Below the pieces are notes generated by a model. The model saw only the letters and a program-made list of their open reading frames with translations. It searched no databases and was not told the DNA's origin. DNA of 63,709 nucleotides, counting the filler, from Rhabdomonas costata (taxonomy: Eukaryota), in assembly GCA_019059605.1 (NCBI GenBank). It is 52 parts of 52 records of this genome, joined end to end, with 100 filler letters (N's around TTAATTAATTAA, not from the genome) between each part and the next. Parts side by side here need not be neighbours in the genome. Positions count along the whole stretch, not along the records: positions 36,811 to 37,939 come from JAHMHO010027256.1; positions 38,040 to 39,166 come from JAHMHO010027257.1; positions 39,267 to 40,393 come from JAHMHO010027258.1; positions 40,494 to 41,620 come from JAHMHO010027259.1; positions 41,721 to 42,847 come from JAHMHO010027260.1; positions 42,948 to 44,074 come from JAHMHO010027261.1; positions 44,175 to 45,301 come from JAHMHO010027262.1; positions 45,402 to 46,528 come from JAHMHO010027263.1; 44 more parts are not named here. One strand, given 5' to 3'. Both the position numbers and the translations under genes were made by a program. How positions within the stretch are numbered: the first letter of the stretch is position 1; each line of letters opens with the position of its first letter. Below are positions 37,752 through 50,485 of the stretch, piece by piece.

Positions 37752-37911
37752 ACTTCTCGGCCAAGACGGCGTTGCGGTTGTGGGCTCTCTGCATGTTCTC
37801 ATCCACCAGGCTGACGGGCATGTAGAAGTCCAGGTGGAAGGCTAGGATGATCCTCGAGAGAAGCACAATGAAGATCACAAACGCCGCGTTCTCGAAGTCC
37901 GTCATCTGCAC
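37752..37911 (-). CDS. GCLC: Glutamate-cysteine ligase catalytic subunit exon
   Basis: cag|VQMTDFENAAFVIFIVLLSRIILAFHLDFYMPVSLVDENMQRAHNRNAVLAEK matches eukaryotic GCLC Q.TDFENAA...VDENM..A..R.AV. Confidence 0.93.
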
Positions 37912-38039
37912 CTGTGGTGCCGCATGAGCACACAAAACCNNNNNNNNNNNNNNNNNNNNNNNNNNNNNNNNNNNNNNNNNNNNTTAATTAATTAANNNNN
38001 NNNNNNNNNNNNNNNNNNNNNNNNNNNNNNNNNNNNNNN

Positions 38040-38975
38040 TGGGTGGGCGCCTCCGCTCTTCCGGCTATCTCAGCCCGAAGAGCGGAGGCGCCCTCCCACC
38101 AGTCAGACCCGAGATGAAGCCTCAACATTCTCAGGTTGGGGCCCTTGCATACTTGCACCAAGGTGCGCCTCGTGGCTGGGCAAGAGCTAATATCCTGGAG
38201 AGATAGGTCCGTGAGTGTCGAGCACAAAGGAAGGACGCGCTCCAACGTTCTCAAAGCGATTCCATCAACGTCGCAAAGCCTCAGGCTCAGCCTCTTCAGT
38301 GTGGGGATGTTATTCAAGAAGCCAAGTGCGTCCCCGGGCAGGATGTCTCTCCCAGGGTGCAAAGCTAGGGATGTCAGGGATGAGAACCGGCCGCAAGAGC
38401 GCAGCAGGTGGTCCAGAGCTCGCTTGGTCTCTTCCTTCTCCGTTGGCATGCAATATGTAACGAGGCTCAAAGAAACCAGCCTCACCCCCACCGATTCCAA
38501 GGAAACCGCATTTTCCATCGATAAGCACCGGACTTTCACGCTCAGAGAGCGCATGCACAGTGATCTGCATACCCCGAAGCAGTCCTGACCTGAAAGATGG
38601 TCAACATCAATGCTTGCAGAACAAAGTGAAGGAAACTGTTCCAGGGGACCAACCAGCCTTGTCCACGAGTCCTTCCCAGCCCTGTCCTGAAAGGAAAAGG
38701 TCAGCAGAGGAAGCGAGGGATGTTCCAGCAAAAAATGAAGAAAACCATCCTCACCGCTCCTCCGCCCAAAAAACGACTGAACGATGACGCTGATGCCGTG
38801 GAACTGAAGTCCTGACCGAAGTAGAGAGAGCAGGTCGTCCACGTGGTCGTAAAAGTACTTTACGAAGAGGTACCGGTGGTGATGAAGGGAGTGCCACAAC
38901 CGACAAACCAGGCAAACGGTCCTGTGGCTTCGAACGAACCCGAACACGGCTTCAAGGCAGTCCACCGGAAGAAGT
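38040..38975 (-). CDS. F-box/LRR-like protein, long uninterrupted ORF (partial)
   Basis: About 310 open codons. N-terminal DCLEAVFGF...VCLVCRLW is F-box-like, followed by LxxLxL repeats (SSLTSLALH, PTLKRLSLR, TLTDLSL). Confidence 0.65.
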
Positions 38976-40971
38976 GAGAGGGATGCACCCTTCTGTTCGA
39001 AAAAGAGTTTGCGTGGAAACGAAGAGCACCGGCATATCGAGGCAGTTTAAGGTATTTCAAAAGCGCAAGTTTCTTGCCCAAATCAAGAAGTGTATCAAAA
39101 AAGTTGGCAAGGGCAAACCAATGGTGCTGAAACTACTTCAGTTTCAGCACCATTGGTTTGCCCAAANNNNNNNNNNNNNNNNNNNNNNNNNNNNNNNNNN
39201 NNNNNNNNNNTTAATTAATTAANNNNNNNNNNNNNNNNNNNNNNNNNNNNNNNNNNNNNNNNNNNNTTGTGTGTGTATCATGATGCTTTGCGAAAAGAAA
39301 CAGGCCGTTTTAGTTGCGAAGTCAAGAAAGAACAGAATGGATTTGGAACTGGAAGAGCCACCGCACTTGAATTTGTGTTCACCGAAGCTTTTCCATGAAA
39401 TGTGGGCATGTGGGCCGTTGGTTTTGTTTCGGGCTGTTTGTTTGTTTGTTTCGTTTCAGCGAGCAACTGGCTTCCCTACTGGTTCATGGGTGTTTCCGGT
39501 CAAGAGCAGCGGAGAGGAGCATTGTCGCAGGCCTTTTTCAGGTACGCTGGTGTTTTCTGCGTCGAGAGCATTTTTGACCTGTTTTGTCTATTTCTGTTGC
39601 GTTTGCTGGCGTTGGATTCAACAGAGAGAAAGCCCAATCAGGCATCGTTTGGGAGAACTGCCGAGAGTCAATGCCTGGCTTCGGTTGCTTCGTCTTCGCG
39701 TCGTGTGGGTGTGACATGTCAACCTCTGCCTGAGGTCTCTGTGATAATTCTGTTTCAGTTCACTATTTTTGGGTTTGGGGGTTTTGGGTTTTTTTGGGAT
39801 GGCTTTTGCTTTTGTATTGCATCGATATCCTAGCTGTGCTTTTTTGATGCAACAGATTGATCGGAGGACCACCGCCGAGCCTGTTTTTCATTCGCTCGTG
39901 ACTTCCCCATTCAGCCCGCGCATGCTTGCCACCGAGTGCGTGCGCTTTGCCGACGCGGCTGGAATCAACAGCTCCCCCGCGGTGTGTGGGCTGGGTGTTG
40001 AAAAGTGTGTGTGGGGGGGGGAGATAAACCTTTCTCAGAATCCATCTTAAGTTTCGCGACTGCTCGAGACTCGGATCATCTTGGCTTGGCCTTGTTCTCC
40101 TTCTCAACCACAGCACACCTGTGCAACTGTGCTGCCTTTCTCCTCCCTTTGTATAATAACACGCTGCGCCGGCCCTTCCACGCCGCCACCCTTTCGTTTG
40201 GGTCAGAGCCAAGAACGGGGTCGAGTATCATCTGCAAGCGGCGACGATGACAGCGTCGAGATAGCTGCGCTTTCGCGCGAGAGTGGCATTTGGCCGCCTC
40301 CCCAAGGGTGCATGCCGCTCTCCCTCCTTCATCCAAGTGTCTTGGTAGCTGCTTCCTTCTGAGAAGTATAACCATTCCTAGAATGGAGACCCCNNNNNNN
40401 NNNNNNNNNNNNNNNNNNNNNNNNNNNNNNNNNNNNNTTAATTAATTAANNNNNNNNNNNNNNNNNNNNNNNNNNNNNNNNNNNNNNNNNNNNTCCGGCT
40501 GAGCCACCAGATGGAGGAGGTTGCGGAGATGAACCTGGACGTTGTGAATCAGAAGCCGAGCCGCTTCAAGGAGATCGCGGACATCCAGGCGTTCTTTGGG
40601 ACGATGGTGAGCAAGCTGACGGTATGCCAGGCCACGTTCATCTTTTCCTCGATATGTGCTACATGGTGTGCGACCTTTTTGTGATTCTGATGACCCGTGA
40701 GTGGACATTAGTGGCGTCTTTCGTAGCTTCTCTCTATGGTTATCCTTTCTCGCTCGTCTAGTATATTGTTAAGTTCCCAGTTGTGCGGTACATCGCTGGT
40801 GTATGTGAGTTGTTTCAAGCAGTGGTGCTGCCCAGTTCTCGACTAGCATTATATGAGGCAGCGGCGTGGCATTATTTCCTAAGGCCCTACTGCCCAGGGT
40901 TCTCGTTAGTGGTTCCTTTGACCCCAACTGGAGTTACCACTGGAGCTTTGCTGTCGTCCTCCCGGCTGCAG

Positions 40972-41412
40972 GAGTTCCGAGCATACCTCCCGGAGGCCGT
41001 GCTGGGCTCCGCGGAGGGTCCCAACGAGGAGGTCGTAGGGGACCCTGAGGAGGCAGAGAAGCACGGCGAGCCCGAAAACGCCGGCAACAGCTTGCGCCGC
41101 GTCGCCCCAGCACCGCTCTCCGCCCGCCACTCCCAGTGCTCCCAGGAGGATCGTCCTGCTCCCGGAACATGCCGAAGCTCAGAGACCCTTGAGGGCGAGA
41201 CTCTCAAGCATCTCCGCACAGGGTCGCCACGGAGGAGCTCGCGGGGCTCTGTGATGCCCAAGTACCACGCTAATGTGAACCGGCAGGTCGGCGTGCTGAA
41301 CCACCGCATGGTCTCTGTGTTGCAGATGGACATTGGGGGGTTCCACCAGCTCCTCGACGATGAGACCGCGCTGATCTCCACGCACTCCTCTGTGATTCAA
41401 GCCACCAGCCAT
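40972..41412 (+). CDS. Exon leading into a class III adenylate/guanylate cyclase domain
   Basis: EFRAYLPEAVL...RMVSVLQMDIGGFHQLL matches the cyclase beta1 motif V(S/T)VL..DI.GF. Ends at a |gtacgc donor. Confidence 0.65.
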
Positions 41413-41948
41413 GTACGCTTGTGCGTTTCTCTTCTACCCGCGCGTATGCGCTGGCAAAGCCGTGCGACAGCTGCATGGGAATTATCACCACGTTTTTCAG
41501 AACTTCGTTTAAGAGGTTAGTTCGTTTTGCGTGGATTGGTTATGTTGGCTGGATTCCATCCTTGTTCACGTGTTTTGACCGGTGAGAGGGATCCAGCCAA
41601 CATAACCAATCCACACAACCNNNNNNNNNNNNNNNNNNNNNNNNNNNNNNNNNNNNNNNNNNNNTTAATTAATTAANNNNNNNNNNNNNNNNNNNNNNNN
41701 NNNNNNNNNNNNNNNNNNNNGGTGGGTTGTGGAGTTTTCTTCGATCTGCCCTAGCAGTGACAACCGTGTGAAGGATGTCCTTCACTGTGAGAGGGAAAGT
41801 TGACGTCGCAACGGGTGGTTGTGTACTACAAGTGCATGAAGAAGATGATATGGCTACGTGAATCATGGCAGTGGTTTTCATGCCAAAGCGGTGACGCAAT
41901 GTTGCCCCACCAACGGGATCCATGGAGGTAATTCGCATTTGCACCGGA

Positions 41949-42125
41949 CCTTGGAGTGGACTCTGGCCTGGCGGTCCTGCTGAGCTTTTTCTCGAGAGCT
42001 CACTGTCTTCAGCTTCACGATCTCCTTGTGGTGATCGCGAGAGAGCTTCTCCAAGGTATCCTCCAGCTGCTGCACACGGGCCAGTCGCTGCTCCTGACGC
42101 GAGTGTATTGTATGCAGCAGATTCT
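41949..42125 (-). CDS. Probable coiled-coil exon, unknown protein
   Basis: NLLHTIHSRQEQRLARVQQLEDTLEKLSRDHHKEIVKLK...HSK|gtccgg. Confidence 0.45.
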
Positions 42126-42649
42126 AGACGGTGCAGTGAACCTGCTTGGTATGCACCTCTTTAAGAGGTAGGGGCAGAAGCACATAGAACAAGCCGAAAG
42201 AAAAAGCAGTAAAAACAACAACAACAAGGAAGCAGCAAACACCTCCAGGCAAAATCCAGAATTTTCAACACCCAACTTTACTTTTCAGCTTCCAAAGTCC
42301 GAAAATGCCTGATTTAGAGTGTTACTTTTCAGTTGTGCCTTTTTGAGGTGACGGGGATAAAAAAGAGACGGGTGCCTTTTGAGAGTGTGACGGGACGGCT
42401 GGGTAAGCACTCCGGGTAAGCGTGCCCGATTGTCGTCCTCTGTGTGTGCGTGTGTGTGTGGGGGGGGTAGTAACAGTAACCCAGGAAGCAGAAAGTGTTG
42501 TCCTTTAACTTGACTGTTGGAAATGATTTGATTTGAGGCATTGTACTGCTTAACCCACCAATTGGAGGTAGTGCGACGGCAGAAGCTGCCGCCGCAAGGG
42601 ATAAAGCTTGGCCAGGACAAATATTTCTGAGGAATACTCACGTTTCTCT

Positions 42650-42847
42650 TCTCCCCAGGGCTCCCCACCCTCGATGGGGCAAGGACCCATCGGGCCTCAC
42701 CCCCTTTTCGCCTGGCTGTCTCACGTTATTCTCCCCTGCTTCACAGGGTTGGAGTCCCCCTCGGGACCTACGACCGAAGGTGAAGGCGGGGCCTTGGGAA
42801 CCCCGACTGGCGCGTTTGGAGCACCCTTCTCGAACTCTTCTCACACC
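42650..42847 (+). repeat. Repeat family B copy
   Basis: Shares blocks with 18418-18580. Confidence 0.75.
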
Positions 42848-43390
42848 NNNNNNNNNNNNNNNNNNNNNNNNNNNNNNNNNNNNNNNNNNNNTTAATTAAT
42901 TAANNNNNNNNNNNNNNNNNNNNNNNNNNNNNNNNNNNNNNNNNNNNGTCAAGGATTGCTCCTCTGGGATGCGCCCTATTACTCTGGTTAGGAGCAAACT
43001 GGACTGGATACTGCAATAACCCTTCCAAGCTCCGCAGCTTCAGCAGGGTTTCCCCCTGTTTTCAATGATTTGAGTGTGAACCGTGAGTCCTCGGCTTCCG
43101 CCTTGAACCTCTTTCAGTAAAGGGAAAGCAGCAACTGTGGTTGGCCAGCTTCTTAAACTAAAGTCCGAGCTCGGGGCCCTAACGAACGGCCGCATGAGCA
43201 TCCGTCATGTCTGTCTTACTTTTCAGGATGCGACGCTTCTTACCAAAAGCGACATCGATGTGGCTGCGGTTTCCCGTCGTTTTGAAATAAAAACCAAAAC
43301 ACCAAATTATACCAGATGAAATTTTGCAGTCTCGTGCATCTCTTCTCATACCTCGTGCTATGCCCATGGTCTTTCCTACGTGTGGCGCAC

Positions 43391-43560
43391 AGCTCCATGC
43401 ATTGCGCGGAGCACCCCTGCGGAATTTCTCCGTGGGCACGGTGCTTCTTGAGGTGGCCACCGGGGGGGATGGCCACCAGCTGCGCGCGTTGCTGGAGGGT
43501 CAGGGGTACACCCCGGCAGGCGCCGCGGGCCGCGATGCCGTGTTTGCGCGGAACGACGAG
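43391..43560 (+). CDS. Exon resembling the C-terminal part of an FkbM-family methyltransferase
   Basis: (GAQ)LHALRGAPLRNFSVGTVLLEV...LRALLEGQGY......RDAVFAR resembles the FkbM pattern L..L.G...V..I.E...L...GY. Confidence 0.5.
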
Positions 43561-45459
43561 TGCGCCCCCCCACACACACACATCCTGCCCTGACCCTTTG
43601 CATCTGTCAACGTTCAGTTACGAACTCGAAATGTTGGTCTTCATCTTTCCTTGCACGTGTTGGCTCGCAGTAGTTCTGCCGATTTGTTGCTTTTTGTGTG
43701 GCGTTTTCTGTGGTGCGGGCGGCCATCCCTGTGCACTAGGTTTGGGATGTTTCGCTCGCCCCTGAGAACCACCTCGAGGATGCCCGGGACCTGCAGCCTG
43801 GCAGAAAAGTTCCGGCGTCGGAGGGTTGTATTGGCCTGGAACCGCCTCCTGGGGCTCAGTCGAAGCCGCGCGGCGGGTGGGGGCCGGTTCTCGTCCAACC
43901 TGGGGAACTATACTAGCATCGCCACTTGAGAGTGAGAAAGAGAGATGAGAGCAAGGGATGATGCCTCCCCCTTTGCTCGATCTGCGAGCCTGCTGTAAGG
44001 CGCTGACTCGTTCCATCCTCCCCTTAATACGCCGAGCGTGCCAGCTGTGCGGCAGGGTGGGGGGTGCATTTTTTNNNNNNNNNNNNNNNNNNNNNNNNNN
44101 NNNNNNNNNNNNNNNNNNTTAATTAATTAANNNNNNNNNNNNNNNNNNNNNNNNNNNNNNNNNNNNNNNNNNNNAACCCGTGCAGAACATGTAGTGACTG
44201 ACTGATTGACTGACTGATTGACTGACCTTAGGCTTCGGGTTATGCGCGTGGTTTCCTTTTTCAATGCGCCCGATGAGAAAACGAAATCGATGTCTGTATG
44301 TCGGTATGCTTTGTTTCGCGGATAAGGCCCTGAAAAGTTTTGTTTTCGCGCTTTGTTCTCTCGATTGGTGCTGTTTAGCGGAAAGAAAAGCAAAAAGTCA
44401 GCGCAAGGTGGAGCTGCCGTGGACGTCAAATTGAAATCTCGGAGGGAGGGAGACAGGGCCGAGCAGAGAAGCTCAGCAATCCTGCTCATCTGTTCATTGT
44501 TGTCCTTGTTATCTTAAATGCAATCTTTGCCCCGAGTGGACTTCACAAGCCGTGTGTTCGGCTGCGTAAAGCGTGGTGCACTAGCCCTGGGGAGCTGGGA
44601 AGAAGACCTGTGTTGTAGTATAGGATCAGGCCCGCCAGGTGATGAAAGTTTTGGGGCTGAAAGCCCACCAGGCAGGTTTCGGCTTCAAAGCAGAAGTCCT
44701 ATGCAAAGCCGTACCACGTACCACGAAGCCTGGGTAACCTAATTTGTATCAAATCAAAGTCAAGCACACTGCTTCACCAACGAAGGCGGCTTCTCAGCCA
44801 CTTACAACCGACCAAGTTTCGGAAGCGAGTGTGATTGTTTTCGAGTTCCTCACACTCAATCGCGCGCGAAGACACGAAAACAAAGGGGGACTTCTTCAGC
44901 GAAACAAACCTGCACAGCCCTTCCTTGGTGTTGGAAATTTACTTTAGAAAAACGTCGGCCCTTATTCCTGCACCTGCGCAACGATGGTCCCGCTTAATTG
45001 CACAGCGACTAGCACAACCCTGGCACAAAGAAACTGTGGCATTGTTCGTCCAGGACTGTGCTCGCATCTCAATCCTGAGGCAGGTCCCTGTCGTCCGACG
45101 GAAATCGGTCGAAAGGAAGTCTCGAACGTATCAATCCCCAACCAACCAAACCATACACGCACACACACTTAAGAATGACTGCCCTTTTAAATTCAGAGAA
45201 ACCCCACACAACATAAACCCCCAACAGGCTAATGGCAAAAAAGCAACCTGCACAGGTGATGAAGACAAACGCACGCACGACGGCACACACACGCACCCCC
45301 CNNNNNNNNNNNNNNNNNNNNNNNNNNNNNNNNNNNNNNNNNNNNTTAATTAATTAANNNNNNNNNNNNNNNNNNNNNNNNNNNNNNNNNNNNNNNNNNN
45401 NGTGGGTGTGTCCTGTATGCTTCTTCAAAGGGTGGAGGCGTTCAAGGCTTTCAGGTCTT

Positions 45460-46520
45460 TCCTCTGGTGGATTGGGACGATCCAAGTGAGAGCTCAGTTG
45501 GACTCAGGAGCGTCGGACTCCTTTATAAGTGAAGAGGTGGTGCATCGTTTGAGGCTACAGCTATACCAGCTTCAGAAGAAGCTCACAGTGAGAGTGGCCA
45601 ATGGGGAAGGCCTCCCTGTGAGTCATTTTGTGAAGATCGTTGGAAGGTTTGGTGCAATGCCGGTAAAGCTATACTTGAGAGTTATAAAGAAGGCCATCCT
45701 GGTGGTACTGTGATACCCGTTATTGACTCGGCTACAACCCCAGACTGATTGGAAACGCCGTTTTGTTAAAGTGTGGAGAAGCAGACGGATATATGATATT
45801 CAGGCGTTACCAGCTGTAGATTCCTTCCGCATCACTTGTACCACTACGGGCATGTTGGAGGCGGAGAGAGACAACTTACAGGCTAGCGACAGGACCCCCG
45901 ATCAGCCACAGTTTCCTTTGGTGAGCGCGCCACACCTGGCAAGCTCATCAGGGGAGGGTAGAGCACACAAAGCTGATAGTTTTTAGCCAATGGTTGATAA
46001 ATCGGCCGTGGTATCATTGGAGACCGAAATCGGGCCAGGAGGCGGAAGAAGTCACGCCAACCAAGCAAGTTCAGCGTGCTATTGCCAGAGCGTCGGAACC
46101 AAAGTTGAAGGTAAAGCAGAAGTTACGGAACTCTCCCAGGAAAGATGTGTAGAAACTGATAAAGGAAGTGGACCACAGCATCTGCGGCCCCCTGTGTGAA
46201 GTTTGACACACCACGCCCGAGATTGAGAAGCGAAATCATGAGTTTGCCGGAATTGTCCCAGCTTCAGTTCCCGGAGGGCTTCCCCTCCAGAAGAACAGAT
46301 CATCGGATAGATTTGAAACCGGACAGCAAGGTCCCGGAGCAAAGACTATATTGTATCTCTTATGTCACCAACTAAAGAGCTTGTATGAGCTCGGTTTCAT
46401 AGAGCCAGCAACCTCTTCTTACGGAGCTGGAGTGCTGTTCGTGCCAAAAGCGAACGGTAAATTGAGACTGTTTGTGGACTACAGACCTCTAAATGCAATG
46501 ACTGTCACGGATTCGTACAC
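45460..46520 (+). mobile_element. Decayed Ty3/Gypsy LTR-retrotransposon pol (aspartic protease and start of RT)
   Basis: AQLDSGASDSFIS...VRVANG; VVL*YPLL...QPQTDW has a stop in place of the conserved G; HRIDLKP; LGFIEPATSSYGAGVLFVPKANGKLRLFVDYRPLNAMTVTDSY. Frameshifts lie between blocks. Confidence 0.93.
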
Positions 46521-47921
46521 CACCCACCNNNNNNNNNNNNNNNNNNNNNNNNNNNNNNNNNNNNNNNNNNNNTTAATTAATTAANNNNNNNNNNNNNNNN
46601 NNNNNNNNNNNNNNNNNNNNNNNNNNNNGGTTTTTGTTTTTCTAACTCCGGCTATTCCAGAAAGAGAACAGGCTCCTCAGTTTGGACGGACAGTTTTTTG
46701 GCCGACCATTTTCTGCCAGTTTCCGAAAATTCAACTGAAGTCATTGTGTCAAAGATGGACCATGTTCGAAATTAGCGCTGTCACATCTTCCATTGGGTGG
46801 GCCCTTTATTCCCTCGTCCTCTCAACTCATTCTTCGCAGGCTCACACCTCGTGTATCTCCGAAAAGGACAAGTACGAAAAGAAGTGCCAGCGACCGGTGT
46901 CTGCGTGTTTATGTACAGTATGTATCTCCGCGAGGGTTTCAAGGCGGTTTGGCCGTCTGCTGAGCATGCTATGCTCGTGACCGCATCATCGCAAAAAACC
47001 TCAAAACGATATCCTGGGTCGATGGCTGCGCCAAAAGTGATTTCTCTCCTTGACTGTAATCATTGGATACCTTATTTATCACTTCCGGCCCTTCTTCTTT
47101 TTTTGGCAGGCTCGGTCTCCACTGAGTGATGGGCCTAAACTTCCGGTACGAACGCGTTCCGCCCTTTCCCACCCACACATCATCAGCGTCTTCCTGAATT
47201 CAATAGGGCGCAATCTCAATTGAGGTCTTATCTCCGTGACCTCACCAGCGAGCATACTGCGAAGCACCCTTAGTGCATTTTACAGGTGTCTTATGAATAT
47301 TGTGTTATATGTGTGCCTTCTGTACATTGTTTGCTTTACTTTAAAACTGACAGCAAAGAAATGTGTAACCCAAAGTGACCTCTTCGGACTTCATACCAGA
47401 ATAAAGAAAAAATCGAAAAATAACTGAAAATGGGACATCTGTTCACCCCTTTGCTTCGGTGCGTGGTTGTTTCATATGATTCCTGATTGGATGCCTTACT
47501 TTCTCACTTTTGATGTAAAGCGGGCCATCTTGTGTGTGGATGCACAGGAACGTAATTTCCGGAAATGGAGTCCACCCCGCGCTCACCACAAAAAATACCT
47601 CCGGTCAGGAGAAGGCAGTGCGCTTCTACTCTTGTGCTAAGATAAGTGTTCTATCAGGGTGACAGGGGGTTCGACAGCAACACGCGCATCCTCTTTTTCT
47701 GTGGTGGTTGCTCTTTTGTCTCACCGGTCTCGCGCGCATGGATCCCCCCCCCAACNNNNNNNNNNNNNNNNNNNNNNNNNNNNNNNNNNNNNNNNNNNNT
47801 TAATTAATTAANNNNNNNNNNNNNNNNNNNNNNNNNNNNNNNNNNNNNNNNNNNNGGGTTTTTGTGATCAGTGAGTCAGTGAGTGCAACTTTGGGAGGGC
47901 GGGGGGCATTCCCTGTAAAAG

Positions 47922-48650
47922 GGGAACAACCGGAGCACGCTGCTGGTGGACTTCCAGCACCTTCACGCCCACGACGACCTCCTGGCCGCGGCAGTGGCGG
48001 ACCGGTACTACCGGTTCTCGCCTTTCCTGAAAGTCGCGGCCTCCTCGGTGTACGCCCGGTTCGCCCTGCAGCAGACTGCTGAGGCCGCGGAGCGCCGGTT
48101 CGCCGCACAATGCCTCCCCAGCAGTGAATGAAGGGGTAGGGGAATGGAAAGGGTAAGGGTAAGGGGATACCGATGTTTTAAAAGCGTGAAATAACGAAGT
48201 GGGGGGTTCAGAAATACTTAGGTAATCACAAGCCACGTTTCGTTTATCTTGTGCCTGACCCGCGGCAGTCTTGTGTCGGCATGTGGGAGACGCGTTATAC
48301 CCTACTGTTCAAGCACCCTTTCGTCTGTGTACAGGGGTACACGCCATCCTTTGTGACGACCGAAACTTTTTGGTCATATCTTTGACCAAATTGCCTAATT
48401 CGATGCATACGTGATTTTTCTTAAGTGCCCTGTAATGTTTGCGGCTGCCACTGTCGCTTGCACTCTAAGCCCTCTCTGTCCCAAAAATTCAAAAAGTTGA
48501 TTTGGAACCGAGTAATGCTGATGCACAACTAACAGGGAGATATCTGTGGCCTTTTACAACCTTCCCGAGATAGTGAAGGTCCGGCAGCTGACCACTCAAG
48601 TCGTGGGCAAACTGCGCGCAATATGTGGGACGGTGACCCGGACAAACCAG
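47922..48650 (+). CDS. MCM6: MCM helicase subunit (MCM6-like) N-terminal exons ~47922-48110 and 48536-48650
   Basis: NRSTLLVDFQHLHAHDDLLAAAVADRYYRFSPFL and VAFYNLPEIVKVRQLTTQVVGKLRAICGTVTRTNQ|gt. Confidence 0.85.
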
Positions 48651-49095
48651 GTGCGTGGCGCATTGGACCGGTTGGAGGATGGGGCAGAATTCCTCTCTGC
48701 ATTCCGCAGACAAAGGAATGCACTCATTCCTGACCACAGTCGTCTTTATCTCGTGTGATCACCTATGAACTCTCAGCGTTCGAAAGGCGAAAGGCATTAT
48801 TTTTTTTTATCTTTTTAGTTTTTCTTGTGGTCATGCAAACTTACAAATGCCTTTTTTTGTGCTCTGTGAATGCAGAGGGCGGGGGAACTCAAGAGCTTCT
48901 GCATATAAAACCTTTGACGATTGTGTCACCTGTATCTAGGACATTAGTCTCGATGACGGGGTTGATGGGGCTAATGGCGGGGNNNNNNNNNNNNNNNNNN
49001 NNNNNNNNNNNNNNNNNNNNNNNNNNTTAATTAATTAANNNNNNNNNNNNNNNNNNNNNNNNNNNNNNNNNNNNNNNNNNNNTGTTTTTTGGTGG

Positions 49096-49428
49096 TTAGA
49101 GAAGCGGTAGAGCGCGCTCGAACTTTCGTCTGCAGGCCATCCCGTTGACGGCGCTGAGGCGATGGTGGGTCACGTTGTGCGCCTGCAGCATCAGCTCTGT
49201 GCGAAACCTCCGCAGGCACCGGCTGTCAAGGTTTACCCACACCGCGGGCGGGAGCGACGCCTGGAGGTCCATAAAGCACGGCGCGGGGGCCCTCACACAC
49301 AGCCGAACTGCTGCGCTGGGCTGCCCCAGCACATGGGGCCAGCCGCAGAGCAGGGCTATGAGAAGAAGCCTCCACCGGGGACATTTAGCAGCCCACGCCA
49401 GGGCGCCTTGGTATGTGTCCTCAATTAC
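49096..49428 (-). CDS. Glycosyltransferase family 25-like exon with a preceding hydrophobic anchor
   Basis: AVWVNLDSRCLRRFRTELMLQAHNVTHHRLSAVNG resembles GT25 INL.R..DRR......RF.AVDG. Confidence 0.5.
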   Translation of the reverse strand, partial: VIEDTYQGALAWAAKCPRWRLLLIALLCGWPHVLGQPSAAVRLCVRAPAPCFMDLQASLPPAVWVNLDSRCLRRFRTELMLQAHNVTHHRLSAVNGMACRRKFERALPLL

Positions 49429-50485
49429 TTTCACATCGTTTGGAACGGGCGGCTTCGATAAGGGCAACGAAGAAGGGAAGGAAAAAGCATCCGTAACAGT
49501 AGGTCAGCAAGCGACTCGGGCTCCCATGGAAAACGGGAAGAAGCTGACTGCTGAGTAAAAAAACAAGACTCTGTCCCCAAAATCCCGAAGAAGACACAGC
49601 AGTGCGCGGTGAAGTTCGGTAAGGCAACACACACAGTGAGTGGTGGTATGTTTGGTGTGAGTTGTATTACACGGGGGAGTTTTGAGTCTGTCAGTCACTC
49701 GTGGGGAAAATCATTTTTGGCAGAGCAACACTCCAAACACCCAACAACATCTGCTCATAACCAGCGCAATGGTATTAAACAGATGCGTTTACATAAACTC
49801 CTACTAATCTTTCCCCGGCTTCACTGCGCCAAAAAACCCTTTATCGGAAACCAAGAATAAGAAAGCACGTGAGGGCAGAACCACCCCCCGAAAATCTGAA
49901 TAAGGGCATCCTTGCGCAATTGCGCAGAGTTGTGAAACGTCGTCAAACCCATGTGGACTGAATGTGATTTCAAGACCAGAGGCCAGCCCATGCACCAGCG
50001 ATTGTTCACCATCCGCGCGAGCAATGAGGGCTTCACTTATGGGAGAGGAACGCTCCTGTGGCGTTGCCTTCGAACAGTAGAAACCGGGAGTGCAAGGGAA
50101 ACCCGGTGAATACCGCAGCGCCCCGCTCCAGGTGCACCACGCGGTTCATCGCGGCCATGTCGCAGACCTTCGCCCCGGGCCGCACGGCGCGCAGGGCATC
50201 CACCACCACNNNNNNNNNNNNNNNNNNNNNNNNNNNNNNNNNNNNNNNNNNNNTTAATTAATTAANNNNNNNNNNNNNNNNNNNNNNNNNNNNNNNNNNN
50301 NNNNNNNNNATGGTATTACATGTGATGATGCTGATGTTGATACGGATGTATGGCTATGACGATACGATGAATACCGCTACGAATGGCTAATGTGATGTTA
50401 ATGCTAAGAGTGTAATGGCTAAGGGAAGATGCCGAGATATAAAGGGAGAATAGGGCTAATGATGTACTGATACCACATTCCTAGC

